A DNA stretch of 64,000 nucleotides from an uncultured Planctomycetota bacterium (lineage in GTDB: Bacteria; Planctomycetota; Planctomycetia; Isosphaerales; Isosphaeraceae): the NCBI GenBank assembly GCA_963845755.1, contig CAWJTV010000011.1:896001-960000 (forward strand), in the 5' to 3' direction. Under the pieces are notes generated by a model, which did not search any database, had not been told where the DNA came from, and worked only from the letters and a program-made list of their open reading frames with translations. Positions within the stretch are counted from its first letter, which is position 1, and every line of letters starts with the position of its first letter. Position numbers and translations under genes: made by a program. Below are positions 62,598-64,000 of this stretch, piece after piece.

Positions 62598-62991
62598 GTT
62601 GCACCCCACCTTAGCACACCCAAAGGATTAATAATCCTGGGAGACCGCATGCTCCACCGGGGGGTATCCACCGGAAGTCTGCCGCCGTCCAGGTCCCCTG
62701 AGAGCCGCACGAAATAGCACCGATCTCACTTCGAAAATCCGCCGTGGACTTACGAACCGTTATTGCATCGATAGGAGATCGTAACCGGACTGATTGAGTA
62801 AACGCAAGGATGTATCGCCCTCTGTTGAAAAAAGGGAACAAGCCCCGGCCCAGCAAGCCGAGGGGAGGGTTGTGCTTGCAGCCGGGATGGGACGAGCCGG
62901 GGCCGCCGGTCGTTGATGCGAAAACCAGATTTTTTGTGCGTCTTGGAACGGAGATCGGAATCCCGAACTGCTGACTGTGCCGTCCGAAGTC

Positions 62992-64000
62992 GGGTGCAGG
63001 AACGCTAATGATTTTTCACGCAGCGATGGGTGCTTGCGTGTCGCGACCTGGCCGCGCGTAGGGATGACCTGGCCGGTTGCGAATCTGGTCGATGAATTCC
63101 TCGTCGTCGTTGAGCCAAGCCTGCGCGGAGGTTGAGCACGGCCTCGGGGTTGGCGTTGTTGTTCCAGAATTTCTCGCTCCCTTTGGCGCACTGGTTGAGC
63201 TGCTTGACCCACGATTCCACCGGGCTGCTGGTGATGGGTAATCCGACCCGGCGGTAGCGCGGGTAGTCCATGCGCGACTGATTATTCTCCAAGTAGCCGC
63301 GCTCGCGATCGAGCACGCACCAGGGATGGTCGGGGTCGTCTTTGGGATTCGTCGGTGGATCGATCCGGCTTTGGTGATCGGCGATCTCGCCCAGGACGTC
63401 CCCGACGCGACCTTCCCAGCACGACTCCGCCCAGTGCCGGCCCAACTCAACGCCTTGGCCAGTGGCCTTGGCCGCGGCGTGCACGTGTTCCGCGGCGTGG
63501 ACGAAATCCAGGATCGGCTCGAAGTCGGCGAAGTGACGACGCTGGATCGACCAGTTATACGGCAGGCCGTCGCTGACGAAGGCCTTGGCCGTGGCGGTGA
63601 AGAAGCCGCGCCGGTCCGCGGCGGCAGCCGCCATCCAACCGAACGTCTCGCTGTCATTCAAGGTGGCCAGCCCGGAGCGGACCACCGGGACCGGTCTCCA
63701 GTCCGGTTTCTCGGCCGGGGTCGCCGATTCACTCGCCGGTGGCAGCTCGACAGCCGATCCCAGAGGTCCAGCAAAGCACGTGGGGAGGTTCGGCTGTGGA
63801 TCGACGTCGGATACCTGACGCTTCATCCGCAGCAGGACGGCCGTCTTGGTCTCCCTCCAAGCCGGCTCGTGGACCCCCGGCCCGTGGTCGGGTTGGCGCA
63901 CCTGAATACGACCGCCATCGATCATGACGGCGGCCAACTCGATCGGCGGATTCGCGGCCGTCGTCGGCGTCATCAACGGGCGATCTTTATAGGCCGTCGT
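62992..64000 (-). mobile_element. Second copy of the ISKra4-family element, partial (runs off the window)
   Basis: Same IR GGGTGCAGGAACGCTAATG; nearly identical to copy 1 from 31310 onward. Confidence 0.92.

Noticed and set aside
62600..62990. Riboswitch upstream of the PEP-CTERM gene
   Set aside because: No c-di-GMP or other known aptamer consensus could be matched by eye.
31310..64000. Composite transposon formed by the two IS copies
   Set aside because: Copy 1 has its own target duplication on both sides, and the interval contains core gyrA.

Overview
High-GC bacterial chromosomal window. Gene content (DUF4058, Uma2 pair, PEP-CTERM protein, carboxypeptidase-regulatory-domain proteins, secreted TPR proteins) points to a planctomycete, probably Isosphaeraceae-like; this is inference. 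Many genes, including essential gyrA, carry single-base frameshifts, most likely long-read or assembly indel errors. Housekeeping-type genes: asnB, larE, two SDRs, a STAS protein, an M48 protease, a double thioredoxin, a Tat-patatin and double GDPD pair, an M14 peptidase, a pentaheme cytochrome c and gyrA. Accessory content is rich: (1) seven secreted TPR paralogs plus one remnant, six in tandem at 33.2-46.0 kb, built from shuffled modules; (2) a MITE-like family whose 28-bp terminal inverted repeats enclose three different palindromic cargos, two copies of which sit in-frame in a TPR signal peptide; (3) a chromosomal Tad2/DUF2829-like small gene with no phage context; (4) a lower-GC pair of a permuted papain-like enzyme and a helical protein; (5) two near-identical ISKra4-family elements, one complete with a 9-bp target duplication; (6) a PIN toxin-antitoxin pair plus an orphan antitoxin copy; (7) an internally deleted DUF4062-TPR (NLR-like) gene; (8) several GTAG-type REP doublets. 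No rRNA, tRNA, CRISPR array or reverse transcriptase was seen. All family calls come from motif recognition by eye; no database search was run.
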